Assembly (NCBI GenBank): GCA_964630975.1 | Contig: CAZVVY010000001.1 | Span: 2,610-66,609 of the forward strand | Origin: Candidatus Micrarchaeota archaeon | GTDB lineage: Archaea; Micrarchaeota; Micrarchaeia; Norongarragalinales; Norongarragalinaceae | Length of the DNA stretch: 64,000 nucleotides | Direction of reading: 5' to 3' | In this document: piece by piece, positions 43,848 to 53,829 of the stretch | Layout of the letters: each line of letters opens with the position of its first letter | Numbering within the stretch: position 1 is the stretch's first letter | Translations under genes and position numbers: made by a program | Notes under the pieces: generated by a model | Told to the model about the DNA's origin: nothing | Database searches by the model: none | The model's input: the letters and a program-made list of their open reading frames with translations, nothing else

Positions 43848-45419
43848 TCATACGCGCAACGTGGGGTCGCCGTACAAAACGAATTGCAGGGCGGTCAAGC
43901 GGTCCGCGGGGTTGAATGCATTCATCAAGCGTTTTCCTTCCAGGAACGCGTCCCCGATTCTCTCGCCTTTTTCCAACCCCATCCACACGCGGTAAGTCAG
44001 GGCGGTACACGACCCTAAGTTGAGTATCTCGGCTTCTTCAAGGTCGAGGCGGCTCACGCGCTTGTTGGCGAGCGCGCTCGTAGTGGCGCCGACGAAGGCG
44101 ACGGCTCCGCTTTCCAGGAAGTGCAGGGGAATGCTTTCCTTTTCCCCCCGGTACGGGTTGGCCCCGTAACAAGCATCCGATATGACTGCCTTCGCCGCGT
44201 ATTCGCCGGTCAACGGCAGGGAAGTGCTTAAAACCAGGTAGTTGCCGGAGCCGTCGCTCGAAGTGTAAGCTTGTTCTTCAGGGGGAGCATTCCCGTGCAG
44301 TGAAAGGAAGAGGTAGGGCGACCCCGAAACGAACCGCATCAGCTCCTCAAAATCGCCTTCTTCTCCGCGAGAGTAATCCCAAGAGTATTCGGGGGGCGAC
44401 TCCCACAACTCGTTGCCCAACTCCGAGAAAACGCCGCGGCCGAGGTGCGGCCCGAAAGCGTCTTCGGATACCACGGTAACCGCTTTTTTCTCGGGTTGCC
44501 GCGAATGTGCGGCAATCGTGTTCTCCAACAATTCAACCAACAAGCGCGAACCGCTTTTTTCCTTGAAGCCGTCCGGCAGGCGCCCGACCGCCACGTCGGG
44601 GTAACACTCCTTGCACCCCGCGTAATCCGCCGAATCCAACACTCCGTACGGGTTGTCCGTCGGGATGACCGGGTCCAGCGAAGCAACGAAACCCATTCCC
44701 GGCATTTCGTTTAGCGGGGTTTCGACTTCGAAGAAAGGCATTATGTTCGGGCCGCCCACCAACAACAAGTAGCGGGGCGCGTGCCCGTTAACCAATTCCT
44801 TCAAGTCCTCGTCTTCAAACACGGCGCGCGCGGGAATGCCTTCGCTCGAAACCGTTTCGGCGAGTTCCTCCATCAACGCCTCCACTTCTCCCGCGTATTC
44901 CTCCCCGTACTTTTCTTCAAGCGCCGATTTGTCGGAAGCAATGAAGTAATCGAACCGCTCTTCTTCCGGGACGGCCGACGGCGGGTCGGCCAACTCGTTC
45001 AAGTAAACCTTGTTTTCGCCTCCCGAAAACCCGCGCTTTGCCTGTAAATACCCCTCCATTGAAACGCTTAACTCGTTTTTTTCGCCGAGGCGCACGCTGA
45101 ACCGCGTTTCGCCGCCTTCCCGCGTGTAATTCTCGTAAGCCAGCTTGGAGTCCGTGAACACGCGGACCAGCGCGCCTTCCAAGGGCCTGCCGTCCGAGTC
45201 CATCACTTTAACCAAAAAAGGTTCCCGGAAAACGAACGCTGAATAATACCCGTAGCCCAGCAATAAGCCTGCCAGGAAAAAAAACGTTAAGAGTGCGGGA
45301 AAAGAGGGGATTCCTCGTGCCTCCAACGGGTAAACCAGTTTCTCGTAAACCGGCGCCTTTTTTTGCAGCCAATCCATCAAGTCGTAATACTTGTCTTCGA
45401 GTTTTTTGTACAAAATCAA
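43848..45419 (-). CDS. Membrane-anchored peptidase C25 (gingipain-like) with carboxypeptidase-regulatory-like domain
   Basis: YLLLVGG...PF, TDNPY, VAVGRLP, LHG and ACY catalytic dyad, LYGDP. Confidence 0.8.
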   Translation of the reverse strand: MILYKKLEDKYYDLMDWLQKKAPVYEKLVYPLEARGIPSFPALLTFFFLAGLLLGYGYYSAFVFREPFLVKVMDSDGRPLEGALVRVFTDSKLAYENYTREGGETRFSVRLGEKNELSVSMEGYLQAKRGFSGGENKVYLNELADPPSAVPEEERFDYFIASDKSALEEKYGEEYAGEVEALMEELAETVSSEGIPARAVFEDEDLKELVNGHAPRYLLLVGGPNIMPFFEVETPLNEMPGMGFVASLDPVIPTDNPYGVLDSADYAGCKECYPDVAVGRLPDGFKEKSGSRLLVELLENTIAAHSRQPEKKAVTVVSEDAFGPHLGRGVFSELGNELWESPPEYSWDYSRGEEGDFEELMRFVSGSPYLFLSLHGNAPPEEQAYTSSDGSGNYLVLSTSLPLTGEYAAKAVISDACYGANPYRGEKESIPLHFLESGAVAFVGATTSALANKRVSRLDLEEAEILNLGSCTALTYRVWMGLEKGERIGDAFLEGKRLMNAFNPADRLTALQFVLYGDPTLRV

Positions 45420-45964
45420 TTCACCGTGTACTCGGCGAGCACTTCCCCGGTTTCCGCGTCGAAATAAGTCGCTGCCGCGCGTTGAATGGTCGTCGCCGGT
45501 AATCCCGTTTTCCCACCGTTGATTTCGGCGGCAACCGGCGGCAACTCAATCGTTTCGTGTGAATAAACCACTATTGCCTCGCGGTTGTCGAACACGGTTT
45601 CCTCCACCGCCGGCTCTCCGTAACCCGCGTAATTTTCTTCGAAGAAGGCGGACGCTTCCGCCGCCTCGAAACGCTTTTCAGGCGCTTCATCCGAAAGCGT
45701 TACACGCGCTTTCCCCGCTTCCACTCCTTCAAGAGCCAAGTACAAGCCGGAAACACGAATCGTCTTCCCGGATTCCACTACTTCAAACCCGGTTATTAGT
45801 TCGCCTCCTTCGTAGAAAGCGAAGGCCGCGTCCGAACCGCTCAAGTCCACGAGTTCAATTGACCATTCGCCCAGCGAAGCCGTTTCGCCGACGGTTAATT
45901 CAACGTCGGATTGCAGGGTTCCCAACAATAACGCCGCCGCCAACACGGCTACTGCATTCCTCAT
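45416..45964 (-). CDS. Exported hypothetical protein
   Basis: Signal peptide; beta-rich domain similar in pattern to the 38381-38755 protein. Confidence 0.65.
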   Translation of the reverse strand: MRNAVAVLAAALLLGTLQSDVELTVGETASLGEWSIELVDLSGSDAAFAFYEGGELITGFEVVESGKTIRVSGLYLALEGVEAGKARVTLSDEAPEKRFEAAEASAFFEENYAGYGEPAVEETVFDNREAIVVYSHETIELPPVAAEINGGKTGLPATTIQRAAATYFDAETGEVLAEYTVN

Positions 45965-45985
45965 GAAAATAAATTGCATTTCAAA

Positions 45986-47755
45986 CTATTTATTGGCGCA
46001 GGCGTAAACGCGTTGCCTCCCATTGTCGAAAACCTTTTGCCACGAAGCGAAAACCGTTTCGTCGGCCTCCAAATGCGCTTCACGGTTGCCCAACACCACG
46101 AAGTCGATTCCGTTTTCGGTTGCCAGCAGGCAATCCCCGGAATCGTAGACTTCGCGCATTATTGCTTCGCGCCCGCCGTAATCCAAGCCGTGGCTCCACA
46201 ACCAACCCGTGAAGCCCACGAAGGAAGAGCGGCCGCCGAGAGAAGTGGGAACGCTTTGCGGAGACCCACCCGTCAGGAATACGGCGCCTTTAGGCGTTTC
46301 TTCAATCACCCATTCCGCGAAATCGAAATCTTTCTCATCGAAAACCGCGTAATGCGCGTTTTGCCCGGCTCCCAGCATCCACGCGAACGTGAGCGCTCCC
46401 GAGCCGACCGCCAGCAAAACGGCTAGGGTTGCCGCCGCTTTTTGCCGGTCGCCCCGCGAAGCAAGCTTCAACAAGGCAACGGACGCCAGAACCGCAAAGC
46501 CGTAAAAAGCGTAAGAAAGGATTTTGGCGTTGTCCCAGTCCCACGGCTGAAAACGGAACGCGTTGCCGAGCACCAGCAAGGCGATGAACGGCACCGCGAA
46601 CCGCCGCAACTTCTTCTCGAAGAACAACGCGGCCGCGCCAACAACGCCGACCACCCACCAGTTGGCGAGCCAAAAACCGGCCAACTCGAAAGCCGTCATT
46701 TCACGCATTACTTCGAGCCACCACGACCGCGCACCCGAAAACACGTCGGACGCCTGCGAAAGCATCCACGCGAGTTGGGGTGCGGCAAGAATCGCGACCG
46801 GCGCGAAAAACCATTTCCAACCCTTTTTTTCCAGCAGCATCCAACCGCCCACGACGGCCAACGCAAGGCAGGAGTGGCCGTGGGCGAGAGGCATTACCCC
46901 CGCCGTTACTCCCGCCGCAAACAACGACTTCTTGTCTCCGCGCCCAATCAAGGAAAGCGCGAGGAAAAACAACGCGTAACCCAGCAAGAGCGAGCGTTGC
47001 GGTAGGAACAACGCGTACGTCAAGTTCATGAACCACAACCCCGAATCCTCCAAGTGCGAGTAATCCTTGTCAAGCGCTCCGTCAAACTCGAACAAGCCCG
47101 CGTTGCCGTTCACGAAGAACAACAATAGCACGAGGAGCGCCGCGGCCTTGCTGCCGGTAACGCGCTTTGTGAACGCGTAACACAAGGCGAGCAAGGAGAA
47201 ACCCAGCAAAGCGTTCGGGATTATGATTGACTCGCGGAGCCCCCAACCCTCGGTTACCAGGAACGCGCTGTAAAAGTCGTTGAGAAAAGGGTAACCCATT
47301 TTTTGTCCTGCGAGTTGAGGGTATTCCGGCGGAAAATTGTCGGCGAACGCAAACGAATTGATTACGCCGTAGTGGAACGGTCCGTCCCCCCAAACGTTGA
47401 GAATGCTTTTGTACTGCCCTTCTTCTTCATACAAATAACCGTAATGGTTGATTGCAAGAAAGAGCAGGGCGCCGACCAACACGAATGCGAGCGCCCGCCG
47501 GTCGTTGCCGAGCCGCTTTGCTTGAGGCAGGCACGCCGCAACAAACGCGAACAACAATAACGTTGCCGCCTTGGCAACGAAACAAATCGAGCCGCACGCC
47601 CACGAAAAGCCGAGCAAGGCGAGCGATGAAGAGGCGAGTGCGAGCGGAATCGCCGCCGCGACCAACAACCACTCTTCTTGAAAGGCGCGCGTGCGCGCGA
47701 TGAAGCGGCGCGCGACAACGAATGAAAGTGCCGCGATTGCGTAGGCAAACAGCAT
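45986..47755 (-). CDS. GT-C-like multi-TM glycosyltransferase with C-terminal extracytoplasmic domain
   Basis: WGDGPFH...SF...NFPP, YPFL, WDNAK, AEWVIEETP..AVFL, WLWSHG; ATG at 47755. Confidence 0.72.
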   Translation of the reverse strand: MLFAYAIAALSFVVARRFIARTRAFQEEWLLVAAAIPLALASSSLALLGFSWACGSICFVAKAATLLLFAFVAACLPQAKRLGNDRRALAFVLVGALLFLAINHYGYLYEEEGQYKSILNVWGDGPFHYGVINSFAFADNFPPEYPQLAGQKMGYPFLNDFYSAFLVTEGWGLRESIIIPNALLGFSLLALCYAFTKRVTGSKAAALLVLLLFFVNGNAGLFEFDGALDKDYSHLEDSGLWFMNLTYALFLPQRSLLLGYALFFLALSLIGRGDKKSLFAAGVTAGVMPLAHGHSCLALAVVGGWMLLEKKGWKWFFAPVAILAAPQLAWMLSQASDVFSGARSWWLEVMREMTAFELAGFWLANWWVVGVVGAAALFFEKKLRRFAVPFIALLVLGNAFRFQPWDWDNAKILSYAFYGFAVLASVALLKLASRGDRQKAAATLAVLLAVGSGALTFAWMLGAGQNAHYAVFDEKDFDFAEWVIEETPKGAVFLTGGSPQSVPTSLGGRSSFVGFTGWLWSHGLDYGGREAIMREVYDSGDCLLATENGIDFVVLGNREAHLEADETVFASWQKVFDNGRQRVYACANK

Positions 47756-47792
47756 GACTAGAATTTTTTTCTTTGGGTTAAAACACTTTCGC

Positions 47793-47838
47793 GTCTTTCT
47801 TTTTCGTGAACGTTTTTCTTTCCGCAAAGAAAGAAAAA
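47793..47838. repeat. TTCTTT/AAAGAA hairpin element resembling tRNA-Arg intron 2
   Basis: TCTTTCCGCAAAGAAAGAA here versus TCTTTTCGCAAAAGAAAGAA at 47890-47909. Confidence 0.5.
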
Positions 47839-47845
47839 GGTTCAG

Positions 47846-48025
47846 CGGGCCCGACGGGATTTTCTGCTTTTCTTTCTAGTGCTGCTCTTTCTTTTCGCAA
47901 AAGAAAGAATTGCATTCGAACCCGCGGCCTACTGGTGTCTCCCCCAGTTTGGACCGAAGCTTCGACTTCCGTTTCCTCGAGAGGGCTCGGAACCAGTCGC
48001 TCTATCCAAGCTGAGCTACGGGCCC
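47846..48025 (-). tRNA. tRNA-Arg(CCG) with two introns (37/38, 50 nt; 59/60, 55 nt)
   Basis: Removing 47936-47985 and 47860-47914 gives a 75-nt cloverleaf (GGGCCCG acceptor, ACTGG-TT-CCG-AA-CCAGT, GCGGG-TTCGAAT-CCCGT); both junctions fold as BHB motifs. Confidence 0.92.
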
Positions 48026-48029
48026 GCCG

Positions 48030-49169
48030 TTATTCGTTGTGTTCGCCGCTTATAATAAATGGTTCGCTTTTTCCGTTTCTGTGGAATTTTTTCTTGAATT
48101 CAAGTCGTTCTTCCCTGGTTTCGTTTATCTTATTTATTTCGTTCCCGTATTGCCCGCGTATTGCATTGATTATTCTTTTTCCTTTGGGGTGGTGCAACAA
48201 GTAATTTTTTACTTTTCCGCGGTATTTTCGATAGTAATCGGTTTTTCCTTTTTCGTGACTTATTTTCGGTGTTCGGTGCGTTCCTTTTTCCTTGGTCGTT
48301 ATGTAACCCGGGTCAAGGTAGCTTTGCGGTCGGTGGGCGCGCGAGTCGAATTCCCATCTTGCCAGGCCGGCGTGAATTAGTTCGGCATTTCCTTTTCCGG
48401 CCAGTAACAACAGGTCTCGTACTTTGTTTGCCGTCCTGCCTAGGCCGACCACGTCGTCTATTGATGCGATGAGTTCGGCGTTTCTGAACGCCTTGTTTTT
48501 TTCCAAGTAATCGCTTATTTTTTCGTTGAATTCGCTTTGGTATTCGGTTGGTTTTCCTTCCATTTTATTGGTGTTAACCAAGAGGATTGGTGGAACGTTT
48601 TTTGCTCCGGAGGTTTTCAGGATTTGCCTTAACAGGTTTGATGCGAGGACTCCTGAAGATATGGGTCCCAGGATAATACTTTGCGGGTGTTCAGCTATTT
48701 TTTCTATCACCGTTTTGTCGGGCTTTACTTTTTCTCCTTTTTTCCAGTGGTACTTGGGTTTGGACGTAAGTATTTTCGCCATTCGTTGGATGTGTTGCGG
48801 GTGGAATAATGCCAGTGTCCTGATTTTTTCCCATTTTTCTTCTTCTGCTTCTTGCCGACTTAAACCGTACACGTTTTGGAAGGTGGTGCCTATTCTTTTG
48901 CATTCGTTTTCGGCGTCTTTCGGATTTTCGTATTCGGCGAATTTGTCTTGCCAGTATTCGTAGAAGCCTCGTTGTTTTTTGTCTGGTTCCGAGTACGAGT
49001 CGTTGAATGCGCCGGAGAATTCGTCGGGTTCCTTGTACAAATAGATTCGTTTCAAGTACTCAAGTTCTTCGCCTATGCTTTCGGGTTTCACGGGCCGGTA
49101 TTTTGGGCGTTTGTATTGGCCTATTTCCATTACGTACCTGTTTCCCGTGGGCTCTTCGTAGTTGGGCAT
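48030..49169 (-). CDS. Hypothetical Lys-rich protein with PRTase-like motif
   Basis: IASIDDVVGLGRT resembles a PRPP-binding loop; visibly AT-richer than neighbours. Confidence 0.62.
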   Translation of the reverse strand: MPNYEEPTGNRYVMEIGQYKRPKYRPVKPESIGEELEYLKRIYLYKEPDEFSGAFNDSYSEPDKKQRGFYEYWQDKFAEYENPKDAENECKRIGTTFQNVYGLSRQEAEEEKWEKIRTLALFHPQHIQRMAKILTSKPKYHWKKGEKVKPDKTVIEKIAEHPQSIILGPISSGVLASNLLRQILKTSGAKNVPPILLVNTNKMEGKPTEYQSEFNEKISDYLEKNKAFRNAELIASIDDVVGLGRTANKVRDLLLLAGKGNAELIHAGLARWEFDSRAHRPQSYLDPGYITTKEKGTHRTPKISHEKGKTDYYRKYRGKVKNYLLHHPKGKRIINAIRGQYGNEINKINETREERLEFKKKFHRNGKSEPFIISGEHNE

Positions 49170-49197
49170 CCTGATTTTATTTTGGTTGCCCGCCTTT

Positions 49198-50259
49198 TTA
49201 CAGTTTGCTTAGGCCGAACCAGATTAACGTGGTGAGGCCTCGAATGATGAACAAGTAGATGGACGCAATTATCCACACTATTGGGACGACGGCGAAGGGC
49301 AGCCATTGGTGCAGTGTCTGGTCGAATCCGGAGGACTCGAAGTAGTATTCCAGCATTCCGCTTGGAAGAGTACTCAAATCGGTTACTCCTTGTGCTTCCT
49401 GCGTGGCGATTTGCTTTAACTCTTCTTTTATCACGGTTTTGGCTTTCGGCTGTAATTGCGTTATTATCGTGCTTTTGGCTGAATCCGGCAAGGCATTGAA
49501 TTCGGTGCTCGCCCCCATTATTTCAGCGATGTGTTCCTCGCTCAACGCGTCTTCTATTGCTTCGTCGGAAATGATTTGGTTGATTACGCCTTCGGTTATC
49601 GGGTTACTGGAACTCCCTTGGAACAAGGTTTGGAATTGCGGGGATTCCTTGAGTTTCACTTCGGTGCTTGTCAACAAAATATGGGTGTAGTCCGCGGGAG
49701 CCGCGGCCACTTTGAGGTAGGACGTGAGCACGGCGCCGATTAACAACAGCATCAGTGCGCGCCTCGCGATTTTCCAGGCGGTCTTCCAGTTTACGGTGCG
49801 TTCGCGCGAGGTAAGGAATGCGGTTGCGCCTACGGCGATTGACAAGCCGATGAACGGGAAAAGCATCGCGGGCATGAAGAGCCCCAACGCGATTGCGGGC
49901 ACCAATGTTACGGGCAAGGCGAACAAGGCCATTGCCTTGTTGAGGCCCTTCGAGTAGAACATCGTGAATGCTAGGAGGAGCGAGTATAACGCGATGAACA
50001 AGAGAGAGGACAAGCTGAATAGCTTGTAGGGTGCGTCGGCGATGCGCGTGAAGTCCATTAAGTTCATTACGCGGAAATTGGCTTTGTCGAACACGATGCA
50101 CGAGAACAGGAATACGACGAGGAGTATTGCGAGCAACGGCGCTTTCTTGCGGAAGCGGTGGTCGAAGTTGATTTCTATTGTGGGTAGGGCTATGCGGATT
50201 TCTTTTGCCGCTGATTGCTTGAATATTGCAGGCTCTTCAGCGTGTTCTTCTTTAGCCAT
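49198..50259 (-). CDS. Hypothetical multi-pass membrane protein
   Basis: About six TM helices and a large helical loop. Confidence 0.72.
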   Translation of the reverse strand: MAKEEHAEEPAIFKQSAAKEIRIALPTIEINFDHRFRKKAPLLAILLVVFLFSCIVFDKANFRVMNLMDFTRIADAPYKLFSLSSLLFIALYSLLLAFTMFYSKGLNKAMALFALPVTLVPAIALGLFMPAMLFPFIGLSIAVGATAFLTSRERTVNWKTAWKIARRALMLLLIGAVLTSYLKVAAAPADYTHILLTSTEVKLKESPQFQTLFQGSSSNPITEGVINQIISDEAIEDALSEEHIAEIMGASTEFNALPDSAKSTIITQLQPKAKTVIKEELKQIATQEAQGVTDLSTLPSGMLEYYFESSGFDQTLHQWLPFAVVPIVWIIASIYLFIIRGLTTLIWFGLSKL

Positions 50260-50290
50260 TTTTCAACTCCAATTACGGGGAATTCGTTTA

Positions 50291-51193
50291 TTAGGTTAAT
50301 TGTTTTGCGCCGTCGGCTTCGACTATCACCGTTGTTTCGGCTTGCGACACGAGCCCCTTGTTTATTTCGACGAGCGGAGGGTATTCGCGCAAAACGTTTT
50401 GGCGAATCAAGTCGTGTAACGCGAGTTCGAGTGACGGCTTGCTGTTGATTATTTTCGGGTACGCGGCGCGCTTGGAGAAAGGCAATGCCTGGCGTTCGCT
50501 TACGGCCCAGTTGAGTAGTGCGCGGCTTTGCGGCAGGCGAACGGGTTTGGGGTTGACGAGCGAGTAAATCTGCGTTTTGTTGGTCATTCTTTCTTCCACG
50601 CGCCCGGCTCCCGAGGTTGCGAAAGGCTCTATTGCGAAAACGTCGCCTTCCCGGAATTCGTAGTCGCCTCCCTCGGTGTTGGGCACGGCTTCGCCGGCGT
50701 GCAACACGTAGGGCGCGAGTTGGTGGCCTGACAGGTTTTCAATCGGCTTGAAGCCGTAGCCCTCAATCGTTTCCTGTATTACGCGGCCCACTTCGCCGTT
50801 CATTACTCCCGGCTTTATTGTTTTAACCGCGTTCTCCAACGCTTTCTCGCTTGCTTCCACGAGTTTTCCGTGTTCTCCCGTGAGGTCGGCGGTGAACGCT
50901 TGGTCTATTATGCAGCCGTTGACGTGCACTCCGAAGTCGACTTTGACTACGTCTTCTTCCGTGAAAACGGTTTCTTCTCCGGGAGCCGGCGAGTAGTGCG
51001 CGGCCACTTCGTTGATTGACAGGTTGACGGGAAACGCCAGGGCGGCGCCCGCGTTCTCGGTTTCTTCTTCTATCTCCGTTGCAACGTCGAGCAGTTTCAC
51101 GCCGGGCTTGACCGCGTCTTCGGCTACGGCGCGAACGCTGGACGCGACTCTCTCCGCTTCAAAGTAGTCCTTGAATTCTTCTTCGTTTTTCAT
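50291..51193 (-). CDS. map: Methionine aminopeptidase type II
   Basis: AFPVNLSINEVAAHY, KVDFGVHVNG..D, NLSGH, AIEPF, SQAETT. Confidence 0.96.
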   Translation of the reverse strand: MKNEEEFKDYFEAERVASSVRAVAEDAVKPGVKLLDVATEIEEETENAGAALAFPVNLSINEVAAHYSPAPGEETVFTEEDVVKVDFGVHVNGCIIDQAFTADLTGEHGKLVEASEKALENAVKTIKPGVMNGEVGRVIQETIEGYGFKPIENLSGHQLAPYVLHAGEAVPNTEGGDYEFREGDVFAIEPFATSGAGRVEERMTNKTQIYSLVNPKPVRLPQSRALLNWAVSERQALPFSKRAAYPKIINSKPSLELALHDLIRQNVLREYPPLVEINKGLVSQAETTVIVEADGAKQLT

Positions 51194-52707
51194 TGCTTAT
51201 TCTTCCTGTCCAACAAGTATTTCTGTGTAGTGGCGCACACTTCGTCCAAGTGCCGCACGTTGTTTTTCACGAGTTTTTCGAGCACGCTTTTTCGCGCCGA
51301 TAGTTCGCCGTTGACTTCTTCGTCGCTCATCCCCGTGTAGTGCTTTAAGAGGTTGAGGTAAGCGCTTTCCTTGCCGGTTTTCACGAGCTTGTCGCTTACG
51401 GGCTCCCACGAATACAATACTTGCATGTCGGCTTTGCCGTCGGGAGTCGCGATTACTTCGGCTAACTCGGTTATGCGGCGAATCGAGCCCTTGCGCCGGT
51501 CGTAAATGCGGTTCTGCATCAGTATGAGGTTTAAGGCGCTGAGCATTATGTCGGGAACGCTGATGGGCGGCGAAGCCAGTCGAATCATGGTTTCCTTCGC
51601 CGAATTGGCGTGCACGGTTCCCAAACAACCCGAGTGCCCCGTGTTCATTGCGGCGAACATCGTGTAGCCTTCGGCGCCGCGGATTTCGCCCACGATGATG
51701 CGGTCGGGCCTCATGCGCAGCGAGTTTTTGACGAGCTCGTTCATATCTATTTCGCCGGTTCCTTCCATGCTCGGCGGCCTCGTCTCGAAGCGAACCCAGT
51801 GCTCGAGCGGCAGGTTTAGCTCGGCCGTGTCTTCTATTGAAAGCACGCGCTCGCGGTTTGGAATAAAGGAACACAACACGTTGAGCGTCGTGGTCTTCCC
51901 CGACGCGGTGCCCCCCGAAATCAAGGTGTTCGACGGCTTCACGCCGAGGCCGTCGGTTGCCAGCCACAAAAAGGAGGCCACTTCCGAGTCGAGGGTGCCC
52001 ACGTTGATTAAGTCGACGACGCTCATCGGGTCTTTTTGGAATTTGCGTAGCGTGAGAGTGGACCCGTCCAAGCTGATAGGGGGCAGGGTGGCGTTGACGC
52101 GCGAGCCGTCGGGCAAGCGCGCGTCGAGTATGGGGACTTGCGTGTCTATGCGGCGGCCGATGTTGCGCGCTATTCGGTCCACGAGGTCGCGAATGTCTTC
52201 GTCGTCGTAAAAATAGATGTTGGTCTTCATAGCGCCGTGCTTGCGGTGGTACACGTAAACCGGTCGGTCGGGGCCGACAATCATTATTTCTTCGAGTTTG
52301 TCGTCGCGGGTCAGCGGGTCGATTATGCCGTAGCCAATCATTTCGCGGACAACGTTTTCGGCGAAGAAGTCCTTGGAGTTTTGGGGGAGGTTGAGTTCGG
52401 GCGTTGAATCGATTATCTTCCGTATTTCCTTGAAGTAACGCTTTTCCTTTTCTTCCTGGGTGAGGCCGCGCATCGGGGGGATGACGCCGATTGCAATGTT
52501 CATCAACGACTTGATGGCTTTTTTTTCCGCTCCCTTATAGTGCGGCGAATGCACTTCGTAGTGGAGAACGGGGTCTCCGCTCACGCGGTAAACCTTGGCG
52601 CCTTCGTATTCCTCGACGAGCTCTTTCTCCGCTTTTTTCGCTTTGTCCGCGTCGCCGCCGACCTTCACTTGCTTGGCTTGTTCGACCAGCGAGTCCAAAT
52701 AACCCAT
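51190..52707 (-). CDS. CpaF/TadA-family type IV pilus/secretion ATPase
   Basis: DARLPDGSRVNA, Walker A GGTASGKTT, LRMRPDRIIVGEIRG, AMNTGH, TVHANS. Confidence 0.93.
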   Translation of the reverse strand: MGYLDSLVEQAKQVKVGGDADKAKKAEKELVEEYEGAKVYRVSGDPVLHYEVHSPHYKGAEKKAIKSLMNIAIGVIPPMRGLTQEEKEKRYFKEIRKIIDSTPELNLPQNSKDFFAENVVREMIGYGIIDPLTRDDKLEEIMIVGPDRPVYVYHRKHGAMKTNIYFYDDEDIRDLVDRIARNIGRRIDTQVPILDARLPDGSRVNATLPPISLDGSTLTLRKFQKDPMSVVDLINVGTLDSEVASFLWLATDGLGVKPSNTLISGGTASGKTTTLNVLCSFIPNRERVLSIEDTAELNLPLEHWVRFETRPPSMEGTGEIDMNELVKNSLRMRPDRIIVGEIRGAEGYTMFAAMNTGHSGCLGTVHANSAKETMIRLASPPISVPDIMLSALNLILMQNRIYDRRKGSIRRITELAEVIATPDGKADMQVLYSWEPVSDKLVKTGKESAYLNLLKHYTGMSDEEVNGELSARKSVLEKLVKNNVRHLDEVCATTQKYLLDRKNKQ

Positions 52708-52734
52708 TTTGACGCATTCATTACCGTGAATGCA

Positions 52735-53829
52735 TTAAAAAAGTCGGTAGTTGGATTCGTCTTTCACGGAGACCAGCGAGTGCGGGTGGCTCTCTCGAAG
52801 CCCGCCGCCCGTAATCCTCACGAAAACCGCTTTTTCGCGTAATTCCTTCAGGTTTTCGGCGCCGGCGTACGCCAGCGAACTCTTCAACCCTCCCGCCAAC
52901 TGGTGCAACACGTTTTTCACGCTTCCCTTGTAGTGCGCGGTTCCTTCCACGCCTTCGGGCACGAGCTGTTTTCCGGCAACGCCTTCCTGACCGTAACGCG
53001 CCTTCGACCCTTTCTCCATTGCGGCTACGGACCCCATTCCGCGGTATGCCTTCACTTTTCTTCCGTTGGCCTCGATTACTTTTCCGGGCGCTTCCTCCGT
53101 TCCCGCGAACATCGAGCCCATCATCACGCTTGAAGCGCCGGCGGCCAAAGCCTTTGCCGCGTCCCCCGAATACTTGACGCCTCCGTCCGCTATTACCGGA
53201 ACTTTTCCAGCGCCTTCGACCGCGTCCAACACGGCCGTGAACTGCGGCACGCCGAAACCCGTAACCACCCGCGTAGTGCAAATCGCGCCCGGGCCCACGC
53301 CTACTTTTACGGCGTTTGCGCCCGCGCTCACCAAGTCTTCGGCGGCCTCCCTTGTAACCACGTTTCCGGCAACTACGTCCGCGCCCAATCCTTTCACCAC
53401 CACTTGTTTCACCGTTTCCAGCACGGTTTCGTGGTGTCCGTGCGCGCGGTCGACCACCAGCGCGTCAACCCCTGCTTTCACCAGTTCCCGCGCGCGCTCC
53501 AAGTCGCCGGCGCCTATTGCGGCCGCGCAAACGAGGCGGCCTTCGGCGTCTACCGCGGCTTCCTCGCCGGCTTCGGCTTTCTTTACTTCTTCAATCAGTC
53601 CCGCCTGTTCTTTTGCGGACAGGTTGCGGTGAATTACGCCTATTGCGCCGAGTTGAGCCATTGTAATCGCCATTCTTGCCTCGGTTACGGTGTCCATTGC
53701 CGCACTACAAAACGGCAGTTTCAAATCAATGTTTTCGGTGAACCGCGTTGAAAGGTCCGCCTTGCGGCGCGAAGCGTTCGAGCGCTGCGGCACGAGCAAC
53801 ACGTCGTCGTATGAAAGCGCTTCCCTCAC
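52735..53829 (-). CDS. guaB: IMP dehydrogenase lacking CBS domains
   Basis: [44 protein letters not shown]. Confidence 0.95.
   Translation of the reverse strand: MREALSYDDVLLVPQRSNASRRKADLSTRFTENIDLKLPFCSAAMDTVTEARMAITMAQLGAIGVIHRNLSAKEQAGLIEEVKKAEAGEEAAVDAEGRLVCAAAIGAGDLERARELVKAGVDALVVDRAHGHHETVLETVKQVVVKGLGADVVAGNVVTREAAEDLVSAGANAVKVGVGPGAICTTRVVTGFGVPQFTAVLDAVEGAGKVPVIADGGVKYSGDAAKALAAGASSVMMGSMFAGTEEAPGKVIEANGRKVKAYRGMGSVAAMEKGSKARYGQEGVAGKQLVPEGVEGTAHYKGSVKNVLHQLAGGLKSSLAYAGAENLKELREKAVFVRITGGGLRESHPHSLVSVKDESNYRLF

Noticed and set aside
52735..53829. IMPDH lacking the CBS subdomain
   Set aside because: Naturally CBS-less IMPDHs are well known
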